Made by a program: the position numbers and the translations under genes. A stretch of 64,000 bases of DNA from Acidobacteriota bacterium (GTDB lineage Bacteria; Acidobacteriota; UBA6911; RPQK01; JAJDTT01). The notes under the pieces were generated by a model. That model worked only from the letters and a program-made list of their open reading frames with translations. It was not told the DNA's origin and did not search any database. The stretch spans positions 1,248,001 through 1,312,000 of the forward strand of contig OZ253580.1 in assembly GCA_965263035.1 (NCBI GenBank), read 5' to 3'. Below are positions 20,505 to 29,322 of this stretch, piece by piece (positions within the stretch are counted from its first letter, which is position 1; every line of letters starts with the position of its first letter).

Positions 20505-21263
20505 ATGCAAGACTTTCCCGTCGTCGATTTTCACGCACACCTGGGAAACTGGGGCCGCTTCGGCATGCTGGACACGCCCGAGCTCTTCTTGAGCTGCATG
20601 GACAACGCCGGCATCGACGTGGCCTGCCTCAACTGCATCTTCCATGGAGATTCGGACCGGGGCAACGACCGGGTGGCGGAATATGTCCGCAAATGGCCCA
20701 AGCGCTTCGTGGGCGCCGCCTTCATCAGCGCCAACTACCCCGATGAGATGGTTCCCGAGCTGGAGCGCTGCTTCGGGAGCCTGGGGATGAAATTCATCAA
20801 GATCTATCCCCACTACGTCCGCGTCGCCCATGACGACCCCCTCTACTTTCCCATCTACGAGTTCGCCAACGAGCGGGGCCTGGCGGTCATGTCCCACGCC
20901 AGGCACTACTTCGACCCGGCTTCGGTTTCCGTCTACAAACGTTACGAGAGCCTGGTGAAGCGATTCCCCCGAATCAACTGGGTGATGGCCCACGCCGGCG
21001 GCGGCACGAGTGCCGAGGCCGCGCGCACAGTGCGGGACTTTCCCACCATTTACGTGGAGACCTGCAGCTCCGGACTGCGCTACGGCGGCATCGAATACGC
21101 CGTCAAGAACGGGAGGGCCGACCGGGTCCTCTTCGGCACCGACATGCCGCTGTTGGATGCCTCTCAACAACTGGCCAAGGTGATCGTCTGCCAGATCACC
21201 GACGAAGAGAAAAAGATGGTCCTGGGCGGCAACGCCATCCGGCTTCTGAACCTGAAGCTCTGA
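20505..21263 (+). CDS. Amidohydrolase_2 protein B1
   Basis: VDFHAHLG, KIYP, MSH, AHAGG, VLFGTDMP, GGNAIRLL. Confidence 0.87.
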   Translation: MQDFPVVDFHAHLGNWGRFGMLDTPELFLSCMDNAGIDVACLNCIFHGDSDRGNDRVAEYVRKWPKRFVGAAFISANYPDEMVPELERCFGSLGMKFIKIYPHYVRVAHDDPLYFPIYEFANERGLAVMSHARHYFDPASVSVYKRYESLVKRFPRINWVMAHAGGGTSAEAARTVRDFPTIYVETCSSGLRYGGIEYAVKNGRADRVLFGTDMPLLDASQQLAKVIVCQITDEEKKMVLGGNAIRLLNLKL

Positions 21264-21316
21264 GCTTCATCGAGCCTCCACCAGTACCTGTCGGCACCAG
21301 CGAAAGTGACTTCCTG

Positions 21317-22096
21317 ATGGGCAAAGTCGACTTCAACTTCAAACCTGCGGTTCCGGTGTTCGATGCCAACGTGGAGCTGGGGCGCCGGCACGACCAGCGC
21401 AACCTCAAGGACACTCCGGAGCAGCTCTTCGAGGAGATGTCCCAAGCCGGCGTGGACCGGGCGCTGGTCTGGCATCCCAACGGCGCCACCTACGATTCCA
21501 TGGAGGGGAATCTGATCCTCCAAGAGTTGATCCACGGGGATTCGAGACTGGTTCCCCAGTTCTTCTGCAATCCGTCCTTCGACGATTTCGACGTCTTCAC
21601 CCAAAGCGTCAAGGACGCAGCCGTCCGGTCCATCCGCATGGTCCCGCAGTACCAGCATTACCCCTTCCGGGAGTGGGTGGTGGGCCCCTGGCTCAATTGG
21701 ATGGAGCGGGAAGGACTGGCGCTCTGGCTGCCGACAACTTACACGGTCTTCGGCAACACGACGGAGCTCGACGCTTCAGACGTGTACGACACTCTTCGGG
21801 AGCATCCCCATCTCAACGTGGTCCTGAGCGAGATCGACTACCGCAACGTCTCCTGGGCGGTTCCTCTGCTCAAGAGCCTCCGCAATCTCCACATGGAGAT
21901 CTCCAGACTCACCATCGCCGATCCCATCAACCGCTTCCTGGAGTTCATGGACGACTCGCGCATCCTCTTCGGCTCCCGCTACCCCAAGTCGGCAATGGCC
22001 ATCCACCTCTATGCGCTGCATCACATGGGGCTGCCCGAGTCCACCGTCCGAGCCATCTGCTCCGGCAATCTGGAACATCTCCTGGGAATGGGATAG
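21317..22096 (+). CDS. Amidohydrolase_2-fold protein A2 lacking metal motifs
   Basis: Paralog of 19714..20493. Confidence 0.8.
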   Translation: MGKVDFNFKPAVPVFDANVELGRRHDQRNLKDTPEQLFEEMSQAGVDRALVWHPNGATYDSMEGNLILQELIHGDSRLVPQFFCNPSFDDFDVFTQSVKDAAVRSIRMVPQYQHYPFREWVVGPWLNWMEREGLALWLPTTYTVFGNTTELDASDVYDTLREHPHLNVVLSEIDYRNVSWAVPLLKSLRNLHMEISRLTIADPINRFLEFMDDSRILFGSRYPKSAMAIHLYALHHMGLPESTVRAICSGNLEHLLGMG

Positions 22097-22107
22097 AGAT
22101 CGAAAAC

Positions 22108-22866
22108 ATGCAGGATGTCCCCGTCGTCGATTTTCACGCACATCTGGGAAACTGGGGCCGCTTCGGCATGCTGGACACGCCCGAGCTCTTCCTGAGCTGC
22201 ATGGACAACGCCGGCATCGACGTCGCCTGCCTCAACTGCATCTTCCACGGAGACTCGGACCGGGGCAACGACCGGGTCGCCGAGTACGTCCGCAAGTGGC
22301 CCAAACGCTTCGTGGGCGCCGCCTTCGTCAGCGCCAACTACCCGGAAGAGATGGTTGCCGAACTGGAACGATGCTTCGGCACCCTGGGGATGAAGTTCAT
22401 CAAGATCTATCCCCACTACGTCCGCGTCGCCCATGACGACCCCCTCTACTTCCCCATCTACGAGTTCGCCAACGAGCGGGGCCTGGCGATCATGTCCCAC
22501 GCCACGCACAATTTCGACCCGCCGTCCGTTTCCGTCTACAAGCGTTACGAGGGCCTGGTGAAGCGATTCCCCAAGATCAACTGGGTGATGGCCCACGCCG
22601 GAGGCGGGAAGAGCGGAGAGATCATGCGCGCCGTGAGGGACTTCCCCACCATCTACGTGGAGACCTGCGGCTCCCGCCTGCGCAACGGCAGTGTCGAATA
22701 CGCCGTCAAGCACGGACGGGCCGACCGGGTCCTCTTCGGCACCGACATGCCCCTGTTTGACGCCTCTCAGCAACTGGCCAAGGTGATGGTCTGCCAGATC
22801 AACGACGAAGAGAAGAAGCTGGTCCTGGGCGGCAACGCCATCCGGCTGCTGAATCTGAAGCTGTGA
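22108..22866 (+). CDS. Amidohydrolase_2 protein B2
   Basis: Paralog of 20505..21263. Confidence 0.87.
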   Translation: MQDVPVVDFHAHLGNWGRFGMLDTPELFLSCMDNAGIDVACLNCIFHGDSDRGNDRVAEYVRKWPKRFVGAAFVSANYPEEMVAELERCFGTLGMKFIKIYPHYVRVAHDDPLYFPIYEFANERGLAIMSHATHNFDPPSVSVYKRYEGLVKRFPKINWVMAHAGGGKSGEIMRAVRDFPTIYVETCGSRLRNGSVEYAVKHGRADRVLFGTDMPLFDASQQLAKVMVCQINDEEKKLVLGGNAIRLLNLKL

Positions 22867-23225
22867 CAGCCCGCAGACTGAGACTCGGGCCGCACTCCCG
22901 TACTCTTGAAGGAGGAAAGTCGCTGATGTCTTCCCAGAGTCTCCAGCCATCCAGACAGTCGCGTGAACTGGAACTCGCCCCGGCATCGAAGCCGCCCTGC
23001 GCAGAGCTGGCGAACGAGCCCGGCGCAGGCGTGTACGTGTAGAAGCAGCCCGTCGCGTAGCCGAGTCCAATGAGAGCAGGACGAACCCGAAGAAGACAGC
23101 GAGCGGAACGTAGAGCTGTTTTGAATCCAAACGGATACGGAGGAAAACCGGCTCGGCAGTGGAAATACCGGCTACCGGAAATCCCAGACGCTTGATCCCG
23201 GCCGGGCGAGGCCGAAGTCAGTCCG

Positions 23226-24725
23226 CTATGCCCCGTCCTCTCCCGTATGGATCTGCTGCATGAGTCCGTCGATCTCCCGCGGCGGCGCGGGAGTCAGGTG
23301 GGAGACCACGATGATGGTCAGGAAGGCCACCGGAGCCCCGATCAATGCCGACGAGGTGGCGGGAATCCACGAAGCCAACGCCGTGTCGCCCCAAAAGAGG
23401 GCGCCGATGGAGATCAGCCCCCCCACCAGCATGCCGGCGATGCCCCCCTCGCGGGTGGCGCGGCTCCACCAGATCCCCAGGACGAACACGGGGAAAATGG
23501 TGCAGCCGGCGATGGCGAAGGCCATGGCCACGATTTGTCCGATGAGGGCCGGCGGTTCCAGGGCCACGACCATGATGGCGAAACCCAGGAACACGGCGCC
23601 CAGGCGCGCCACAACGACGCGCTCCTTGTTGGAGGCGGTGGGCTTGAAAAGTCCGAAATAGAGGTCGTGCGCAAAGGCCGCCGAAGCGGCCATCAACAGT
23701 CCCGCCACTGTGCTGAAGGCGGCGGACACGGCCCCCGCGGCCAGGAGGCCGGTGAACCATTCGGGAAGTCCCGCGTTCTCGGCGGCATTGATGATGATCA
23801 CATCGGCCACTTCCCTGCCCCCGTCCGGATTGAGGATCCTGCCGAATGCGGAGAAAGCGGGTGAACTCCAATAGAGGATACCGATGAAGAAGAGTCCCCA
23901 GACCACCGACTTGCGGGCGTCGCGGGCGTTGGGGACCAGGTAGAAGCGCTGGATGACGTGGGGCAGCCCCGCCGTCCCCACCATCAGAGTGAAGCAGAGG
24001 GCGATCCACTGATAGATCCCCTCATCCCCCCAGGGAAGGACGAACTGGGGATGGGTCTCCTGGAGCTGGGCCACAGCTTCCCCGTAGCCCACCTGCGGGA
24101 CCAGGTAGAAGAACCCCAGCTTCTTGGCGATGAAGAAGAGCGGCAGCAGGAAGGCCGTGATGAGGACGATGTACTGCACCTGCTGGTTGCGGACCACCCC
24201 CATCATTCCCGAGAGGAGCACGTAGGAGACGACCACGATGGTCCCGGTGATGATGGACAGCTTGTAGTCCATGCCGAAGATCCACTTGAACATCTCTCCG
24301 ATACCCTTGTACTGGCCCACGGCATAGACGAAGGAGATGACCAACGTGATGATGGCGGCCAGAAAACGGGCCGTCTTGGAGTAGTACCGGTCGCCGATGA
24401 AGTCGGGAGCGGTGAACTTGCCGTAATTTCGGATCTGGGCCGCCATCAGGACCAGCAGCAGGACGTAGCCCCCGGACCAGCCCAGAACGTAGGCCAATCC
24501 GAAATATCCCTGCAGGTAGAGGAGCCCCGCCATCCCCAGAAAACTGGCGGCGCTCATCCAGTTGCTGGCGATGGCCATCCCCGAGGAGACGGGGCCGATC
24601 CGGCGGCCGGCCACCCAGTACTCCTCCAGGTTGCGGACCCGGGTCAGGATCCCCACCAGCACGAACAGGAGCAGGGTCGCCGCCAGGATCAGGGCGGGTC
24701 CGGTTCTCACTCCGATTTCTTCCAT
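23226..24725 (-). CDS. Sodium:solute symporter (ActP-like)
   Basis: YWVAGR, SNWMSAASFLG, GTAGLPHV, AAFSTVAGLL. Confidence 0.9.
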   Translation of the reverse strand: MEEIGVRTGPALILAATLLLFVLVGILTRVRNLEEYWVAGRRIGPVSSGMAIASNWMSAASFLGMAGLLYLQGYFGLAYVLGWSGGYVLLLVLMAAQIRNYGKFTAPDFIGDRYYSKTARFLAAIITLVISFVYAVGQYKGIGEMFKWIFGMDYKLSIITGTIVVVSYVLLSGMMGVVRNQQVQYIVLITAFLLPLFFIAKKLGFFYLVPQVGYGEAVAQLQETHPQFVLPWGDEGIYQWIALCFTLMVGTAGLPHVIQRFYLVPNARDARKSVVWGLFFIGILYWSSPAFSAFGRILNPDGGREVADVIIINAAENAGLPEWFTGLLAAGAVSAAFSTVAGLLMAASAAFAHDLYFGLFKPTASNKERVVVARLGAVFLGFAIMVVALEPPALIGQIVAMAFAIAGCTIFPVFVLGIWWSRATREGGIAGMLVGGLISIGALFWGDTALASWIPATSSALIGAPVAFLTIIVVSHLTPAPPREIDGLMQQIHTGEDGA

Positions 24726-24726
24726 T

Positions 24727-25032
24727 CTATTCCTGACCCCGCCGGGCGTCCTCGCCGGAATCGACCACGCGATCGAAGAGCCGGTTGAACCAGAGGCAAA
24801 GGAGCAGGAAGCCGATGATGGAAAACTGGCCCGTGAACCAGTAATGGAAGGGGAAACCCAGGAACCGGGCGTCGGTGAGGAAACTGGACCCCATGGGATC
24901 TCGCTGAACCAGAAACAGGAGGATCTGGAATCCGAAGACCATCAAGGCCCAGAGGCCCACAATCAGAAAGATGATCCGGCGGACTGCCTTGAAGTAGCGG
25001 CCGCGGGGACGGACAAGGTTGACTTCCGACAT
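24727..25032 (-). CDS. Small membrane subunit of SSS transporter (DUF4212-like)
   Basis: Two TM segments, GFPFHYWFTGQ, immediately upstream of the symporter. Confidence 0.8.
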   Translation of the reverse strand: MSEVNLVRPRGRYFKAVRRIIFLIVGLWALMVFGFQILLFLVQRDPMGSSFLTDARFLGFPFHYWFTGQFSIIGFLLLCLWFNRLFDRVVDSGEDARRGQE

Positions 25033-25225
25033 GGGCGTTTCCCAAAGGGCGCCGCACTATACAGGATGGTCACCCGACGGTCAACGAACCGGGAAGTCCG
25101 GAAACCCTGGCTCTCTCTTTCTTCTTTTTCCCTTTTCTCTTTCCCCCTTTCCGGTGGTAAATTGATTCGCCGGATGTTGCTTACCTTTGTCCCAGGCATT
25201 TCGAAACTGGAAGCCCCGTTTTAGC

Positions 25226-26953
25226 ATGCGCTTCCCATGGAGTGATCTGGCAGACGTCTTCGGCGCGGGGGAATTACGCCAGAACATTCTGGCGCTCCTT
25301 CACTATATCGTCTTTCTCTGCGTCGTCATCCTTCTGTTCGCTGTCCTCTTCCAAGCGATCATGGTTCACGTGGAGGGCCAGTCTCATTCCTGGATCACGG
25401 CCGTCTACTGGGTGTTGATCACCATGAGCACTCTCGGTTTCGGCGACGTGGTCTTTGCCTCGGATCTGGGACGGCTCTTCAGCGTCTTCGTGCTGATCTC
25501 GGGGGTCGTGCTGATGTTGGTGGTGTTGCCCTTCACCTTCATTCGTTTTTTCTACGCACCCTGGCTGGAGGCCCAGGTGCGGCTCCGGGCTCCCCGGCGG
25601 GTGCCCCTGAACGTGCGGGACCACGTCATCATCAGCCGCCACGATGAGATTGCGGCCGGGATCAGCGAACAGCTTCGGCTCCGAGGGATTTCGTGCTACA
25701 TCATCGAGCCGGATCCCGAAAAAGCCGCCCGGCTCCTGCACGAGGGGGCTTCCGTCGTCACTGGTGATCTGGACAACAAGGAGACCTACGCCGGGTTGCA
25801 GGCGCAAAAGGCTCGCCTGCTCCTCGCCAACTGTGAGGACACGACGAACACCAACATCACCTTGACCGTCCGCGAGATGTGCGGCGACCTGCCCATCGTC
25901 GGCATCGTCGAGCACCCCGACTCCACCGACATCCTGGAACTGAGCGGATGCACCCACGTCCTGCCGTTGAAAGTGCGTCTGGGCGAGGCTCTGGCCAACC
26001 GGGTCGGCGCCGGCCTTGGGGAGTTGGACATCATCGGAAGTTTTGCAGGCCTGCAGATCGCCGAGTTCTCAGCCCGGGACACTCCACTGGCCGGAGTCGA
26101 GACGCGCGAGACCCAGCTTCGAGAACGGACCGGGCTGAACATCGTCGGCGTCTGGGATCATGGTCACTTGATTCCCGCTTTCCCGCAGACTCCCATCACC
26201 CACGACAGCATCGTGGTGGTCGTGGGCACGCCGGACCAGTTGTCCATACTCGGCCGAATGCTGCCGGGACACCAGCCCCATTCCGGTGCCCCTGGTCTCA
26301 TCATCGGAACTGGAACCGTGGGCGCCACCGCCACCCGCACCCTCAAGCGAAAAGGCCTTCGCGTTCACGCCCTGGACCGGGACCCCCAAGCCGCGGAACA
26401 GGTGCGAGGCATCGCCGATCATGTCTTTGTCGGAGACGCCAACGACCGCGAAGTCCTGGAGCGGGCCGGACTGGACGAGATCTCTTCCGTGCTTCTGAGC
26501 ACTGCCGACGACGCCATGAACGTCTACCTGGCCGTCTACTTGCGACGGCTCAAACCGGAACTCCGCATCGTGAGCCGGATCACCCACGACCGGAACCTGG
26601 AAGCCATCCATCGCGCCGGGGCCGACTTCGTGCTGAGCTACTCCTCCCTGGGAACGGAAGCCGTGGTGTCGCTCATCGAAGGGCATGACCTCGTGATGCT
26701 GGGAGAAGGGGTCGACCTGTTCTCCGTACCCCTACCGCCGTCCCTGGAGAACAAACTCCTGTCAGAGAGCCGAATCGGCTCTCTGACAGGCCTGAGCGTG
26801 GTTGCGATACAGCAAAACGGCGAAACCGTGACCAAGTTGCGGTCCGAGATGAAGCTCGAGCCTGGAGCGCAACTGGTCATGCTCGGCGACGCCGAGCAGC
26901 GAACCCTGTTCAGCAAAGCCTTCGGAGGCCAGTACTCCAGCAGTCCGTGGTGA
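25226..26953 (+). CDS. Potassium channel with TrkA-N/TrkA-C (RCK) domains
   Basis: TMSTLGFGD filter, two RCK repeats, AGADFVLS. Confidence 0.87.
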   Translation: MRFPWSDLADVFGAGELRQNILALLHYIVFLCVVILLFAVLFQAIMVHVEGQSHSWITAVYWVLITMSTLGFGDVVFASDLGRLFSVFVLISGVVLMLVVLPFTFIRFFYAPWLEAQVRLRAPRRVPLNVRDHVIISRHDEIAAGISEQLRLRGISCYIIEPDPEKAARLLHEGASVVTGDLDNKETYAGLQAQKARLLLANCEDTTNTNITLTVREMCGDLPIVGIVEHPDSTDILELSGCTHVLPLKVRLGEALANRVGAGLGELDIIGSFAGLQIAEFSARDTPLAGVETRETQLRERTGLNIVGVWDHGHLIPAFPQTPITHDSIVVVVGTPDQLSILGRMLPGHQPHSGAPGLIIGTGTVGATATRTLKRKGLRVHALDRDPQAAEQVRGIADHVFVGDANDREVLERAGLDEISSVLLSTADDAMNVYLAVYLRRLKPELRIVSRITHDRNLEAIHRAGADFVLSYSSLGTEAVVSLIEGHDLVMLGEGVDLFSVPLPPSLENKLLSESRIGSLTGLSVVAIQQNGETVTKLRSEMKLEPGAQLVMLGDAEQRTLFSKAFGGQYSSSPW

Positions 26954-26959
26954 CGGCCT

Positions 26960-27823
26960 TCATTGTGCCGAAGCCGGTGATGGGGCCGCGGCCGGCAACC
27001 GCGGCCAGGCCATGACGGTCATGGGCAGGGCGATCGGGGACTTTGTCGCGACCACGTCTGCCCGGAGCCGCTCCGGCAGTGTCGCCACGTCCACCTCTTC
27101 GGCGGTCGCGATTCCGAAATGCTCCAAAAGGGGAAGCACACTCTGCACGCTGTCGGCAACGTATTGGTATCCCGGCCATCCGGGCCAACCGCCGGCCAAA
27201 GCCGTGTATTCCAGGTGAGGCTCGGGCAGACCGGCATCGATATAGGTGCGGTACAGACGGTAAGCCAGATCGGCATGGGCACCCGACTGGTTGAACACAC
27301 CGACCGTCCAATCGACCAGCACGTCCGCCAATGGAGTATCCAGAACATGCGGTAGGCGATTCGGACTGAAACTGATCTCGTGGAAGGCCACGATGCCTCC
27401 CGGGCGAACGCGGGTGGCCAGATGCTTGAGAGCTTCGGCCGGATCGGCCAGGTACATGAGCACGAACCGGCCGATCAAGGCGTCGAAGTCGTTCCCCAGG
27501 TCCAGGGTCCGCGCGTCCCCGGCCACGAACTCGACATTGTTGTGCCCGGCTCCCTCGACGCGAGCCCGAGCCGTTTCCAAGATCCCCGGGTTGACGTCCA
27601 CGCCCACGACTTGGCCTTCCGAGCCTACCAGTTCGGCCGCGGCCATCGCCACGTCGCCCGCTCCACTGCCGATATCCAGGACCCTCATTCCACCGGCCAG
27701 GCCCGCTTCCGAAAGCATGCGCCGGGTCATGCCCGAATAGAGTTTCGATTGACGGACCAAGCGGTCCGTCTCGGCCTGGGTGCGGCCCATGGTGTAGGTT
27801 GCGCCTTCTTTTCGGTTGCTCAT
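26960..27823 (-). CDS. Class I SAM-dependent methyltransferase
   Basis: VLDIGSGAGDV, GVDVN, FDALIGRFVLMY, VRPGG. Confidence 0.88.
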   Translation of the reverse strand: MSNRKEGATYTMGRTQAETDRLVRQSKLYSGMTRRMLSEAGLAGGMRVLDIGSGAGDVAMAAAELVGSEGQVVGVDVNPGILETARARVEGAGHNNVEFVAGDARTLDLGNDFDALIGRFVLMYLADPAEALKHLATRVRPGGIVAFHEISFSPNRLPHVLDTPLADVLVDWTVGVFNQSGAHADLAYRLYRTYIDAGLPEPHLEYTALAGGWPGWPGYQYVADSVQSVLPLLEHFGIATAEEVDVATLPERLRADVVATKSPIALPMTVMAWPRLPAAAPSPASAQ

Positions 27824-27927
27824 ATCTCTCCCAGTGGGTCACTTGGACCGCGTTGGCGAGGGTTTCGTGGTGTCGCGGGTTGAAAGCGGCTGTCCATGCT
27901 GCCGCAAGGAGACAACGGCGGGTCCGA

Positions 27928-29271
27928 CTAGATCAGCTCGGGGAGCGGTTCTCCCGTGAGGTCGTCGAGGGCGTTGGCGATCTTGAGAGGGCGTCCGACG
28001 GGCGTCATGTATTCCTTGTGCCAGTCGATCCCCAGGGCCTTGTAGACGGTGGCGAAGATGTCGCCGATGCTGACCTCGCGCTCCACGATGAACGCCCCCC
28101 GGTCGTCGCTCCGGCCCACAACCGTACCGGTCTGCAGGCCCCCGCCACCGAGCGCTATGGACCAGCACTGGGGCCAATGGTCCCGGCCCAAACCGGGATT
28201 GAGGTGGGGAGTCCGCCCGAACTCTCCCATGACCAGCACCACGGTCGAATCGTAGAGGCCCCGTTCGCTGAGGTCGTCGATAAGGGCGGAAAGGGAGCGG
28301 TCCAACGGCGGCGTCAGGCGGTCCCGGTGTCCCTCGTCGTTCTTGCCGTGGGTATCCCAGGAATTGCCGTGAAAACCGGCCGCGGTGACGAACCGGCTGC
28401 CCGCCTCCACCAGACGCCGGGCCAGCAGCATGCTCTGCCCCACCGAATCGCGCCCATACACATCGCGCGTCTTTTCCGACTCCTTGGACAGGTCGAAGGC
28501 ATCGCGCACCTGGGGCGCCAGGATCATCTCCCAGGCCTTGTCCATGAAGGCGTCCATGCTGGCGTGTTTCAGGCTTTCCACCCGCTTTCGGTAGATCCGG
28601 TCCACCGAGTCCAGGAACAGGCGACGATTCTCCAACACGGCCGGACTCAGCGACTTGGGCAGGGTCAGGTTCGGGACCTGGAAATCCTCCTTGGAGGGGT
28701 CCGGGATGGTCATGGGCATGTAATCCGGCCCCAGGAACGCGGAACGGAAGAAATCCTGGTACTGGCGGTTGCGCTCCCAACGCGGGACGATGACGTACGG
28801 AGGCAGTCCGTTGGAAGGTCCCATCTCCTTGGCCACGATGGACCCCAGGCTGGGAAACTCCATGGCCGGATTGTGGCGGTGGCCCGTGATGGAGTAGTGG
28901 ACCGCCTGGGGATGGTCGTTGCCGAAAGACTTGATGGAACGAACCAGCGCCAGCTTGTCCATCCGCTGGGCCAGCCGGGGCAGCAGCTCCGAGATCTGGA
29001 TGCCGTCGACGTTGGTGGCAATGGGGCGGAAGGAACTGTTGGTCTTGGGGTCCCAGGTGTCGATCTGGCTGGGACCTCCCTCCAGCCACACCAGAATGCA
29101 GGCCTTGGCCTTCGCCTCGGACAGATCTGCGCCGGCCGTCTTGAGAGCCGCCTCGAGCTGCAGGAACTGGCTCAGATGGGCGCCCAGAAACCCCAGCGAG
29201 CCGACCCGGATGAAGTCACGCCGACTCCAGTAACCCTGGGGTCTTCTTAGGCATCCAACCTGTTTCAACAT
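27928..29271 (-). CDS. DUF1501 family protein (Tat-like N-terminus)
   Basis: SRRDFIRVG, WLEGGPSQIDTWDPK, ARRLVEAG, WDTH, GEFGRTP, GRDHWP. Confidence 0.9.
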   Translation of the reverse strand: MLKQVGCLRRPQGYWSRRDFIRVGSLGFLGAHLSQFLQLEAALKTAGADLSEAKAKACILVWLEGGPSQIDTWDPKTNSSFRPIATNVDGIQISELLPRLAQRMDKLALVRSIKSFGNDHPQAVHYSITGHRHNPAMEFPSLGSIVAKEMGPSNGLPPYVIVPRWERNRQYQDFFRSAFLGPDYMPMTIPDPSKEDFQVPNLTLPKSLSPAVLENRRLFLDSVDRIYRKRVESLKHASMDAFMDKAWEMILAPQVRDAFDLSKESEKTRDVYGRDSVGQSMLLARRLVEAGSRFVTAAGFHGNSWDTHGKNDEGHRDRLTPPLDRSLSALIDDLSERGLYDSTVVLVMGEFGRTPHLNPGLGRDHWPQCWSIALGGGGLQTGTVVGRSDDRGAFIVEREVSIGDIFATVYKALGIDWHKEYMTPVGRPLKIANALDDLTGEPLPELI

Positions 29272-29322
29272 GGGAGTACCCTTGCCGCCACTTTACACGC
29301 TACGTCCCGATTGTCGCAATTC

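Larger units (their letters stand above)
19698..22866 (+). repeat. Tandem duplication, period 1603 bp, two genes per unit
   Basis: CGAAAGTGACTTCCTGATGGGCAAAGTCGAC at 19698 and 21301. Starts and stops of both genes are offset by exactly 1603. Confidence 0.95.

Noticed and set aside
22870-23130. Possible small minus-strand gene with hydrophobic N-terminus
   Set aside because: No clean stop before running antisense into amidohydrolase B2 and no recognisable family.
26941-26953. 13-nt match to the MITE-2 terminus (CAGTCCGTGGTGA)
   Set aside because: No element body or second TIR; it forms the last codons of the K+ channel gene, so probably chance.
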